Source: Seison nebaliae
Lineage: Eukaryota
Length of the DNA stretch: 64,000 nucleotides
Reading direction: 5' to 3'
Assembly (NCBI GenBank): GCA_023231475.1
Contig: JALJEE010002126.1
Location: 1-64,000 of the forward strand
Each line of letters begins with the position of its first letter. Position 1 is the first letter of the stretch. Positions 50,409 through 63,493 of the stretch are shown here, piece after piece. Made by a program: the position numbers and the translations under genes. Below the pieces are notes generated by a model. The model was not told the origin of the DNA, searched no databases, and saw nothing but the letters and a program-made list of their open reading frames with translations.

Positions 50409-51599
50409 ATAGTTTCTTACAAAGTTCATGAATGTTGTTCGTCGATAGATATCGAATGAAAATAGATTTCCTAATAGATTTCTTTCTTAGTTCAATCTCT
50501 TCCAGATATACTTCTCCCTCCTTCATTTCCGTTCATTGTGAGGTCAATTGTCAGTCGATTGTTATCAGTTAACTGGAATAAGATAAATGAGATATGATTC
50601 TAATACGATATCTATAAACTTTAATTCTTCGATACTATCAACAAAATATTTCAAATCAAAAAAAAAAATATTAAATTCTTCTTCAATTTTTCTTTGTGGA
50701 ATTTTCTTTTCATTCTAATTTTGTTGTAGCAACAATTCTATTCCGTATTCAGAAAATTTTTGAATTTTTTCATTTTATTTTTCAAGTTTTTTTTTTCAAA
50801 TTTTCTCGAAAATTTGAAACTCGTAAAATTCTTCTGAAATATCTTCAAAATATTTTTTTTTTCGAAACCATTCTCCCCAATATATTCTCCCACTTTTTTT
50901 TCCTTCACGTTTTCATTTCCCAACATTTTCCATCATATCTCCATGATTTCCATTTTATTCAATTTTTTCGGACATGTACACATATCTTGTGTGCCCAACA
51001 GAAGCTGAGTCTCTCGTCTATAGTTTTTCGAAGTTGCGTAGAGTAAATGCATCAAAAATTCAATGAAATCCGCTCATCTACTACGCTTTCCAAATAGACA
51101 AATTTCATTTTTGATCGATACGAAATTATTTCAAATTTCGAAATCGAACCGGAGAAAATCAGATTTTGAAGTTTTTTTTAAACAATTTTCTTTCGAAATG
51201 CGAATTGTTCTCTCGAAACATTTCATCATCGATCGATCGTGTGGCTGTGGCTGGAAATGGTCCCTCTTCTAATCTCAATTGATTTAGACATATAATGAAT
51301 TTTTATTCTCTTTTATTTTAACGACGAAAAGTGTTGATTATATTCCACACAATTCCTTCGTTTAGATCCCATTCATTATAATCTCATTCTATTTTATTTT
51401 TCTTTTTGGTAAATTATATATTTATTTTAAAAACATCTTTCCAATTACCAATTAATGGCTAACGGAACGTGTGTTCATTTTATACGGGAAAAGAATATGA
51501 TGAATATTTACATGAGCAACTTGTTAGAAGGCTGTTGTTGTTGGGAAAGCTTAAAATTCGAATTTAATAAAACGTGAAAACTTTTTTTGTGGATATAAA

Positions 51600-51900
51600 C
51601 ATATTGGTTGAATTTATGATATAAATCCATCGCATGTAGTTGATTAATAATGTTTAGTGATTAAGTTTGATTTGACAATGTTAGTAAGTCGTTTAGTTAT
51701 GCACTAATTAATTCACAGTAAAAAAATAATAAGGAAGCATGTGGAAGAGGGAGGATTAATTTCATAATTTTTGAAATTGAAAGCTCAATAATTGATGTTT
51801 AGTTTATCTGATCCATGTAATTTAGTAGGATAAGTCGCGTTATCTTCCAGTCTCGGTTGATAATTTTTGTTATTGCAGATTGAGTTAAGATTAGTGTGAT
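51600..51900 (-). mobile_element. Degenerate non-LTR retrotransposon (LINE) reverse transcriptase fragment
   Basis: Minus-strand fragments in the expected order: ITLILTQSAITKIINRDWKITRLILL, NY*AF, ISKIMKLIL and AMDLYHKFN (cf. LIFN.S...P..WK; NYRPIS; SKI.EKII; DLSKAFD); strand skew extends over ~51.3-52.5 kb. Confidence 0.45.
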
Positions 51901-52990
51901 GAAAGTTAGGTGGATTAGTTAGATACAAAATTGTTCGGATGTGAAAGTTACGGAGGAGGTATGGAAGAAAGTATTATGTTAGAGTTAGAAAATATGAGTC
52001 TATAAGCAGACTAGACGAAACTATGAAGTTTAGGAAAAGAAATTGTAAGAAAACAGTTTTGTCGAGCCCTACAAACTTCTGAACGGTCGTATTCTCATGA
52101 AGTCTTTCCACGTTTACAATGCTATTTAGATAGTAGTAGTCCTATGAATTGGAATACATCAATGTTGCTAAGGTGGTATGAATTAGATTTATTTGTAGAT
52201 TGATGAAACTATCGATTTTTATCATCATTCCTCAATCAAACTCAATTAAGTAAGTTCCAGTAGAGAATGTTGTTAATTTCCATTGTTGTCATAATAAATG
52301 AAGAGCAGTTTAATTCGTTTATTAAGAGTCTAGGCATGATAAGTTATCAAATTGGCAGTCTGATGATTTTCCAATTTTTCCGTAGCCACTCACCAAAAAT
52401 TGGCGTTTTAAGAGAATTAGTAAATTAAACTTTAAGCCACACTTATCAGATAAGGTAGCAAAGTAAGATATGGATAGTTGCAGATTCTTTTCAAAATTTC
52501 AAATAAACTCATCATCCCACATTAGCATTTATGTTGAAGTCCAATTACTTTTTCCTAACATTTCTATGAAATTCCTCGTTTTTTAATTCCGAGACGAAAG
52601 AATTAAATATTCATTTTCTTTTATTTCATTTAAACATAGAGGCAGACAGAACGAAACAAAGTTTTTTAAAAGAAGAAACTTTTTTTTAAAGAAATTTCTC
52701 TTCTTTTTTTAAAAGAAGACAACTCTAAAAATTTCTATTCTTCACAAGAATCGTCTTTTCGTATAAATCGGTTAAACTCATCAATCTTTCTTCTCTTAAT
52801 CTCATAAATCTCAGTTCTGCTAACAATTCTAAGATTACGTCATTTCAGACGAATTGTGAAGGAGGATGGAAATATTTGGCGAGCAGCAACATTTCTTCCG
52901 TTCACTCACTTCACTCGATATCGATTGGAAATTTTGAGTTTTTTTTCTTATCAACGACGAGAAAGGAAAGAGAAGAAGTGAGAGGAAGAG

Positions 52991-52994
<4 letters not shown>

Positions 52995-53021
<27 letters not shown>
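52995..53021. repeat. (AG)n microsatellite upstream of the ELM2-SANT gene
   Basis: Direct reading of the sequence. Confidence 0.9.
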
Positions 53022-53025
<4 letters not shown>

Positions 53026-53210
53026 AAGAAAGATATTTATGAGTGAAATATACGAGAAATAGAGAGATAAATATTGTTGTAAAGAAGAGGAAGAAGTGAA
53101 TAGTTGGAGGAATTTCCATTCCGAACTGAATCGATTGGAGAATTATCTTGAAAATAATTTTGAATTTTATGAATTGATAAATATCAAATCGATCGAACTT
53201 CTTCTCAGAC

Positions 53211-56177
53211 ATGTCATCGTCAGCATTTGTACCGATGAATTTCGTTTGTGATCAATTGATCAATGCGTTGGAGAATGATCTCTCTAACAATATTTCATGG
53301 GATGATGAGACGATTGATCTTGATGCCGTTTTGAATGAAGTTGATGATTTGGTGACTGAGAAACGATCTTTCTTGACACGAGAAGAAACTCGTAAACTCT
53401 CCAAACTTCATTTTGATGATTCGATTTTTATGGAGAGCAAACCGAAATTACACGTAAGATTTACGGAGAAACGGAAAAAAGTGGAAGTGGAAGACGATGA
53501 TGATTATTTTAATGAGAACGATTTACCATCAAAAGAGTACGATTATGAGAAATATCGATATGAGAGAATGAAAAAGAAGAAGAATAAGAAGAGATTTAGT
53601 AAAAGTAAAAAAGCTGAATCGACTTGGACTGAATCGAAATTATTCGATTTCGAACGAGACGATGCTAATGAAGAAGATGAAGACGCTCGAGTTTCCATCG
53701 GACCCGAATATCAGGTGGATGTGGAAGAATGGACAATTGACGAAGAAACTAATGATGAATTAAGGAAATTGTGTGTTGATCGTGAAGATGATTGTTTATG
53801 GAATAATCGATTATATGAAGAGACATGTGACACAATTTTACCAGATCATCAATCTGATAAATTGAATGAATTCCGCACAAACATTTCTACGAGACTCATT
53901 TCTGATGAGAACGAATTGGAAATTATTGAAAATTATTCAAATAAATTACTCAATTCATCACTAAATGCTCAATTAGTGAATTCAACGCCGATAATTAGCG
54001 ATTTCGAAAACCGTCCACCCAGATATGAAAACGGTTTATTATCCGACGATGAATTGATTGAGGAGAAGATTTTGAATGGGAAAGACATGCGATTGAATGA
54101 GACGATGATTAAATATTCCTCATTGATCTGTTTGAGTAAAGAGGACATGTTATTCTTCCTTCAAATATTCGATTATGACGAAACGGATTTTTATGAATTT
54201 TTGAAACGATTTCATGAAATCGAACGATTAACAATTGATCGACATCAAACAATTTCATTGTTAACTGATGATTGGAGTTATGATAGTCAGGAATTGTTCG
54301 AATTAGCTTATGCGACATATGAGAAAGATTTCGAACAAATTGCAACATTATTTCCAGATAAATCATTTCAATCCGTCGTTCGAATGTATTATTCGAGAGA
54401 TTTGAAATATGAATATGTCTCCGAAATGGATATTCGTGCAATCGATGTACGTTGTAAAACGTTATTAGAATTCTTATTGAATCCATTTCAACACGTACCA
54501 ACATCATTGAGAGGAATGAAATTATTATCTCATGCTCTTCATTTATATCGATCAGTCATTATGGAATATCGGAAGGAACATGAAGAGAAATTTATTAATG
54601 AAAAACATGGTCGTTATAATCATGGGAGACGACATGTTCTCAAACATCATCGTGATAAAAAACAAAGAATTCTCTCAGATAATTTAAATCGAGATAGATG
54701 TAATACCGAATTAGATATTCAACGAATTTTGGAAGATGATGAAAATAAATTTGAAATTGATGAAATTCCTGAATCATTGAAAATTGATGAGAATGTAGAA
54801 AGACATTTGAATGAGACTCTGAAAGAGATGGAAGATAATACGGATTATTCACATCTCATTAAAAACCGTCATCAACGGAAACCGGGAAAATTTAAAAGTT
54901 TCTTAAAATATGTTCGATCGTCGAAACGATCGATTTTGGTGGAGAAGTTTTATGAGAAAATACGAAATCAAAAATTTATTTATTTCAATCACTTTTATCT
55001 CCAATCTCAACAAATCATTTCGATGGCACTCATTTTCTTCAGTTTCTTCTATTGTCTCGAAAACGATTGGAAGGAGATTATGGGACAAATTCAGAGTTTT
55101 CTCGAACCAGAATTCCTTCATAGTTTCCGTTCGGGGAAAGATTTGAACGAAGTTTTCTTATTATTTGATGGAATTCTCGGACTGTATCATAATAAATGGA
55201 AATCATTGAAAAATTGTAAATTCTCAATGAATTACATTTCGATGATTCATCTCTATTATATTTTCAATTCGACCGATTTCCAATTATTGATGTATTCGAC
55301 GATATTTCATCCGTTGAAACATTTGAATAGATTTCGAGCGAATTTTATCAAATTCAACAAAAAATCAAAATCTACATCAAATTTATCTTTATCGACGATT
55401 AGTTCGATGACGAATGAACAATCGATACCATCGTCATCCTCATCGTTGTGTGTATCGTCTCCATCGTCACCATCGTCATCGGGAAAGCTGGTGAATAATC
55501 AGGAATTGTTTGTTGATCATCGAGTTCAATTGTTTCATCGTTCTCATAATAATAAGAATTTAAATTTCATGTTAAGTGAATGGCGAATTCAATTGTTGAT
55601 GTTAATACGACGGAAAGCGGTGACAGATAAAAATTTTCAATATCTCCTCAAATGGAAATTGTCGACATTGAAATTGATGAAAGTTTATTGGCAGAAATTA
55701 ATAGGAGTCAACGAGAGAATTACTCATAAATTGAACGAACGTTATATGAATGAAGATCAATTTTTTCTTCTCTATTATCAATATTATCCACTCTTTTATT
55801 GTTATCAATCAGACGAGGAAGTTTTTATCACTCTAATCCAAAATGTTCTTCAATCGGATTTGGATGAAATGAAAGAAGTTCATTCATCCTCTCAAATGGA
55901 CAAGAATGAATATCCTCATTTATATTTCTTATTGATTGTTGAAGGATTGATTATGTGGAATGAAATATTTTCATCGTCATATTTCTCTATGAATGTCACG
56001 AAGAAATATCATCATATTAATCAAAAGAATCATCAAAATATTTTATCAATTCCTGATAGTAATTCAGATAATTATTCGGAAATCGATTTTGAAAATCTTT
56101 CAAAAAATAAAGAAAAAAATGACGAACATAATATTGATGAAATTCTCAATCTTTATCGTGACAATAATAATATTAAT

Positions 56178-56233
<56 letters not shown>

Positions 56234-59200
56234 TTGTGGAGGGAATTTCGAGAGATCAGTGAATGAATTGAAACAAGAAATTCGTCAATTGCGCAAAGAT
56301 GTTCAGAAGGAGATCGATGCAAATATTTCATTCGCTAACAAAGATCTGATTAGTCGGAAGGAATTGGAGGAATACAAAATGGAGAAAAATGGACAGATAA
56401 TCAATAATGGAATGATTAATGGAATCATCAAAATGGAACCAGAGGAAGTGAAAGTAGAAGATGAAGAATGGACGTTATTGACGTTACATGATATCGTTCG
56501 AAGTATCGGGAAAGAATTTCTCTGCGAATCATTCCAATTGTTTCTAGTGACGAGAAAGGATTATGTTAACGGTAAATATCCGGGTGAATTAGAAACTATC
56601 AAATTCAATTTAATGACGTCATTAGAATCGTCGGATTTTATCAACGCACCCATTACACTCAATTGTCAACAATTCACACAAATCACTCGACAATATGAAC
56701 AATCTGTTACACGCGATATGGAACATCTTTTCTTCTTCAACAACGACGAGGAATGGGAACAACGATTTGTTGAGATCAGTCAACAAATCGATAATTTATC
56801 GAAATATGTGGAAATGATGAATGGTGATGAAGAGAATAAAGAGAATGGGAAATCTGATAATAATAATGGAAATATTTTGGGAGGGATTAAAATGAAAGAA
56901 AATGATAAGAAGAAATTGATGGAATTGAGTGTTGAAGGAATAACAGATATGATAAAAATGAGTGACAACAATTACATGAGAAAGACACCAGAACAAATGG
57001 ATTATATTCAATCAGAAATTATGAAAATTGATTTTAAATTACAAACAATTTCCTCTCAACTCGAATTCAGACGTCAAATGCCTAATGAGAATTATGGCGA
57101 TCGAATTCGTCGTTATATTCAAACGAAGAAGAAAAAATCGAAAATTTCTACGTCTTTCTCTTCACATTCCTCTTGTTTCTCGTCATGTGAATCGATTCTT
57201 CCACATTTCTCTGATTCCACTATCTACTCAACTAGTGATGGAGCATTCGATGATTATGAGAGTGATACTGAATTTTTTCAACGACGACGACAAACTGATT
57301 CATCCGATAATGATTCATCTAAAGACGATGAAGATGAACATGAAAATGATGAAGAGAATGAGAATGAAGACGAAGAAATTGATGATGATGATTCCAGATT
57401 TGATGGTGGTGAAGCAGATGATGAAGAAGAAGAAGATGTATCAAAAGAGAACTTAGAGAAAGATGATGATGATGATAATGATAATGATGATGATGATGAT
57501 AGATGGTTTACAAGTAATAATCGAAATGGACGGAAACGACGAATTTCTGATACGGATTTGAATGGAAAACCGAATTTCTTTTTAGAAAAGAAATTGAAAG
57601 AAAATGAAGAAAAGATGGAAGAGGAGGGAGAAGATGGAGATGAAACGATAAAATCTCTTGATGATAATGATGATGATAATATATCGGAAGAAACAGTTTT
57701 GAAAAAGAAGAAAATCCGACCAGAATATCCAGATGAAACGAAAGAATTTGAAGAGTTGAAAGAACAATTAGTTTCATATCATCTCGATCAACAAGATCGT
57801 CGACAACCAAGTTTAACGGAGAAAGACATTAATTTATTACTTCAATCGTCATTTTTATCAATTCCATTTGAATATGATTCGTTGAAATCGAATAAATTAT
57901 CTGAAGATAAATCGGATGAGAATAAATCGATTGAATTGAATGAATCATCTCTAACTGTGAAATCATCAGAATTATCATTTCCATTCGGATTTTTAGAAGG
58001 AATCGATTCGAGTGGTCGTCGTGAAGATTTGGAGAAATTAGTAAAAAATTTTGATTATAAAAAAAATGAGTTTGGTGAATTATCTGATACGGATACTGTG
58101 TCAGATGGATCTGATACAGCAAATAATATTTCATTATCTCTCATTGAACAAAGTTCATTGAACGAACCATTTGAAACATTATTTATGAGTCATTTGAATG
58201 GAAAACGATTTTATTCGGATCAGAAAATTTTAGAATATTTATTAAGTCATCATAATGTTCCTCATGAGATTGGAACGACAACAACCGCCACAGTCACCAC
58301 TTCATCATTAGACGTTTCACTTGAGATGGCGAAAGATTATCAAAATTTATTATTATCAGAAAAAGGTTTTGATGAATTTCCATCAAACAGTTTATTTGAT
58401 GATGATTCAATAGATGAGGAAATGCCACCATCATTATTGACATTAGAACAATTTGAACAATTGTTCAATATTTCCAATAACATTAATAATAACAACAATG
58501 TAATTGATGAGGAGACGGTAATGAATATTTTGAATAATTTGACGGAATATGATATGAATGTTCTTTATGATATTTTGCCAATGGAGAATATTATGAATTT
58601 ATTTAATGGAAATGATGATAATGATGATGATGATAATGATAATGATGATGATGGGGGAATAAACGAGAAAAGTATTCGTGAAAAAGAATGTTTACAACTT
58701 CTTCCGACTGATTTGAAATTTGGATCAAGATCGAGACGAATGTGTCCAGGAAAGACGAAAGCTAATATTCTTCAACCATTACGTGAAATTCATGGATCTG
58801 CTTCCATTTTCGATCGTTATCTTTTCGAACATTCTAAACGTGTATTTGATGAAGCAGCAGCAGCAGATGTAACAGAAGATGAAATGATGATTGATTTTGA
58901 AGAAGAGAAAGAATTATTTGAAGATAAAGAAGTGAATGAATCGATTGCGAAGAAATTATGTCAGATATGTAAACGACCCGTCCCAATTATTTATCATCCA
59001 GTTTCTTTCATTCGAAGTGTAGTTCATAAACGAGCGAAATCCATTTCTAATATTCCAATCAATGATAATAATCGATTTAATACTCGACCACAACGAACGA
59101 GACGTCCAATAATTCCACATACACCCACTGAACCGATTAGAACATCGACACGTCCAAAACGACGACGACGACGACGTCAAAAACGACGACAACAACAACA

Positions 59201-62200
59201 ACAAATCATTCCTAATAGAAAGACGACGAGAACGAGAAGAAAAGGATTTTTGAAAAAAGGGAAAAATTCAACAAAGAATAGAACCGTCGCCTCTACCAGA
59301 TCACAATCTGAAATGACAAATAGAAGGAAAGTGAATGAATTGTCATTGAAAAGACGGCGTTTAAATTCTTATTCAAAAAACACTTCAGAAGATGATGAAT
59401 CAATAGAGAAAGAAGAAGCGAAAGGAAGAAATCGTAAACGACGGAAATCGACGGAAGAGAAAGGGATGAAGAAACGACAACAAATCGGAAGAAGAGTCAG
59501 AAGACAATTGGACTCGCCTCAATCAACAATCTGGTCACCAAAAATTAATGAAGATGAAGAAGAATATTCAGAAGGTAAAATTAAAGAACCATCACGACGG
59601 AATATGAGATTGGTGAATAAAGACGATCGACCAATACGACGGAATTCTAATCGAAGATCACGTTGGAATTTGAAAACGATAAATGATGAAGAGAATCGAT
59701 GTCGATTACGTCCACGATCAACTCGACAAGTTTGTTATTCGGAGACATTTAATGAAAAAGATTCTGATTCAGAAATCGATTATCGGAATGTGGATCAATT
59801 GGACGGTTATGCGACATTAGGTCGACAACGACGACGTAAAAATTATAGACGTGTAGGACAAAAATTATCATCATCGAAAAATCAATCGAAAGAGGAATGG
59901 ACTGAAGAGAAAAAAGTGAGATTGAAAGGAGGAAAGAAGAAATTCTCTCAATTCGAAAAATCTTTGGCACTTGGTGCGAAAAAAGAAGAATTGGATGATC
60001 CGAATATTTATCTTCGATGTATTCGAAGTCGATCATTAATACCAAGTGGTGCTAGTATTGGTACTGCTCAATTATTGAATAATTCGAAAATGGTAGAATC
60101 GTTTAATGTCCGTTATATGGAATCGATTAGAGGATCACGTGATTTTGATGGATATTATGAGAGACAATGTCATTTGATTCATCAAATATTCCCATTTGAA
60201 AGAGAAGGAATTATTTTAAAAAAGAGATTGAAAGAATATTGTGATGAAGAGAAGAAGAGAGATAAATTCAATAAAATCTTCCTCTTTCCAATTCGACAAT
60301 TTAATAAGAAATTAAATAAATCAACGAATAAATCGATGAAAAGATCTATTGATGATATTATTTTGAATTATCAATATGAATTGAAATTATCTTCATGTCA
60401 ATTACCGAAACATTTATTCAATTGTATCGATGAATCGATTTTGTTATCAGATGATGATATGGAAGTGAAAGTGAAAACAGATAATCGAAAAGTTGATAAA
60501 AGAAAGAAATCTTTCATCAAACCAGAAGAAGATGATTCGAGATCATTCCTTCTTATGGACGTTCCATTTGATCGAAAAAAAAATAATTTACCATTCATTC
60601 AAGTCAATGAGAAAGAGAAGAATTTGGAATTAATTGGTCATTTCACTCATACGAATTCGAAAGAATTAGATAAAACTCTTTATTACAAATCGGTTTTAAT
60701 GGAAAAAAAATTGATGGAATTGCCAATTAAACACCATCGACAATATCGAACAAATGAATTGTTTTATAATTCTGATGATCAATTGAAGAATGAGAAGAAA
60801 AAGGTGCAGGAACGACGGAGACGATTCAAAGAATTTCTGATTGAAAATAAGAAATTTTTAGAAGAGAATTCTAAAAAGAAAAATTTGGAAATATCGTTGG
60901 ATATGAAGATGAATGAGGAGATGAATTTACCCATAAATGGAAAAATTGAAGAAAATCAAAAAATGGAAAAGAGAAAGAAGAAGAAGATGGAAATGAAGAA
61001 TTCATTCCAATTGAAAAGTGGAAAATATGAAATTCGTCGACGATTCCAATTGAAACAACGAGATAGTGAAGAAGAGAAGAGAAGAAAGAAAAGAATAATG
61101 AAGAATAAATTAGAGAAAAAGAAAGAATTATTTGAGGAGAAGAAGAAGATGATGATGATAATGAATGAAGATTATGTTCCCTGTCAACCAACAGATTTCC
61201 GTTCATTCGAACTTGATCTATTTGGAAGAGATATGAAAATAAATCGAAATTTATTTCAATTACCATCATCATCGAAAGATGAAGGAAATGATGATAATAA
61301 GAATGAAATTAAAGATTCATTTTATGACGTAGTTCCATTCAACAAAGAATTCATCTTAAGAAAATGGAAAGATGAAGATTTGGGAGGTAAACAAAAAAAA
61401 TTACCGGTAGAATTGACGATATGGAAAGAAGAATTGGAAAAAATGAATAAAAGGAAAATGAAGAAGAAGAAGAAGATGGATAAAAGAGAATGGAAATCAC
61501 AAATCACACATCAAGATCTAAATAAGATGATGGGACTGAATCGTAGAGAATATGATGAAGTCACTCAATTCGAAATGACACCATATCAAGGATTGATTTG
61601 TCATCGATGTCTAACGAAAAAGAGAAATTGGAGAACCGTCAACAAATTAATGGAATGTCGTTCTCGTTCGAATGATGAGAAGGAGAATGAGGAATTGATG
61701 GATAAGATGAATATGGAATCAGACGATTTTAATGATATTGGACATGAATGGGTGAAATTGTGTAAACCGTCACGATGGGAGAAATTGCCAGTATCGTTTA
61801 GTACAAATTTTTTTTTTTTTTTTTTAAAATTTCCATTTTTTCTTTTAGAGAAATGAATAAATCAGAATATGATTCTAATCGTGATGTGATGATGGTGGAT
61901 TTGGATGATGATTGGTTACCATCTTATCAAATAGAAGTAGAAAATTTCCGTCATTATCGACGACCATTTCCCACAACAACAATCCCGTCGATCGACGTTG
62001 ATAAATCAAAAACGTTTTTTTTTTTTAATTTTTTTTTTTCAAATTAATTAACTTTTGTTTTGTTGAAGAATTGTGACGAGGGAATTACCATATAGTCGAT
62101 TTATTAGAGAGAGTTATCAAAAGAATTTCTCCTGTCTGTTGTATCAGCAGAAGTTGGTGGAAGATATTCGACGAGATTATTTATCGAAATTTCTTCATGA

Positions 62201-63493
62201 CATTCTCATAAGTGCAATGGAAGATGATGGAGATGATGATATCGGTATCGATGATGAAAATTTGAATGAAGGAATGGTGAATGATGCATTGAGAGCTGAC
62301 CCCAAATTAATGAATGTTCTTTTAACCAATGACATGTTATGTGCATATTCACCTGATCGAATGGAAGAGACGAAAAGAAGAATGAATGCTCAACATTTCA
62401 AGAGATTCTCAGAGAATTTCATTGATCGATCGATGATGTATGAGGGATCGAATATTTCCGGATTGGTTATATACAAATTTTATAATATTAATTATTATTA
62501 TATATTTATCTTTTTTTCCAATAGATTCAAACGATTCGCGATCATCCAAATCGTAAACGATTTTGGTCGACGATTGATATTATTTTCGATATTTTCTCTC
62601 TTCAAATGCATGGAATGGATGAAGAAGCATTTACTCATATCAACAAATATTCCGATGAAGATTTAGTGGATGAGGAAAGAATGATTTATAATAAGGAATT
62701 ACCATATTATCCATCATACGACGAATCGGATATTGACGATAATTTTTATGATTATCAAATTAGAAATCAGTCATTAGACACTGATTTCGGTGATGATCTT
62801 GATGACGATTTAGATGACGATATAGATAATGATGATGATATGTCCAATGAGAATTCTTATTTCAATCGAATGAAAGGAAGAGAATATCTGATGGAAAATG
62901 GACTCAATTCAAATAAAACGACAACTCGTTTAATGGAAGAAGAATATTCGGATAATTCTGATAATTTTAATTGTCGTCGATCTACTCGATCCACAACAAC
63001 AACAACAACAACAACAACAACGATGATAGAAGATGAAGAAGAAGAAGAAGAAGAAGAAAATGATGATGATGATGAAGAAGAAGAAGAAGAAGAAGAAGAA
63101 GAAGAAGAAGAAGAAGAAGAAGAAGAAAGAATAATTGAAAATCTATCAAACAATTTCAATGAGGACGATGATGCTGAAGAATATTTCCAGAATGAGATAA
63201 TTGGAAATGATGTGGAGAACAGTGAACGATTATCTAATGATGATTTAATGAATGGAATAGAGAATGATGAAGATGATGATGGTCATACAAGTGATGGTAG
63301 TGATTCGGAGAATGATTCAGAGAAGAGTATCGATTCACTTAATACAACGAATACTCAATCATCAGTCAAATCATTGACACGAGAAGAATTGGAAGAACTG
63401 AAAAGAAATCGATTCGTCAAATTCATGAATTCGTGTCCACTCCGCAAATTCATCTTCCAACTCATCCAACAAACCTTAATGGATGACGAATAA
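53211..63493 (+). CDS. Giant ELM2-SANT (CoREST/RCOR-like) nuclear protein, 4 exons (introns 61796-61848, 62014-62068, 62466-62524), ~3371 aa
   Basis: ELM2 start RVSIGPEYQVDV; SANT DDWSYDSQELFELAYATYEKDFEQIATLFPDKSFQSVVRMYY; coiled segment VNELKQEIRQLRKDVQKE; 8.6-kb open first exon; the spliced model totals 10116 nt in frame. Confidence 0.7.
56182..56231 (+). repeat. Coding (AAT)n repeat giving poly-Asn
   Basis: Pure AAT run in frame inside the 53211 ORF. Confidence 0.9.
62993..63127 (+). repeat. Coding (ACA)n, (GAT)n and (GAA)n repeats giving poly-Thr/Asp/Glu
   Basis: Direct reading, last exon of the ELM2-SANT gene. Confidence 0.9.

Noticed and set aside
50930..51290. Coding-like island, possibly a small minus-strand spliced gene (LEEGPFPATATRSIDDEMF...)
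   Set aside because: Could not build a start-to-stop model or recognise any family
18217..63159. Antisense and alternative-frame ORFs overlapping real genes (e.g. 22822, 26443, 29508, 37973, 42416, 54109, 57028, 62857)
   Set aside because: Shadows of codon bias and low-complexity repeats in the true CDS
13091..63493. Stop-codon reassignment as the cause of fragmented ORFs
   Set aside because: Every break is explained by a short GT-AG intron; spliced models close in frame and end in TAA, TAG or TGA
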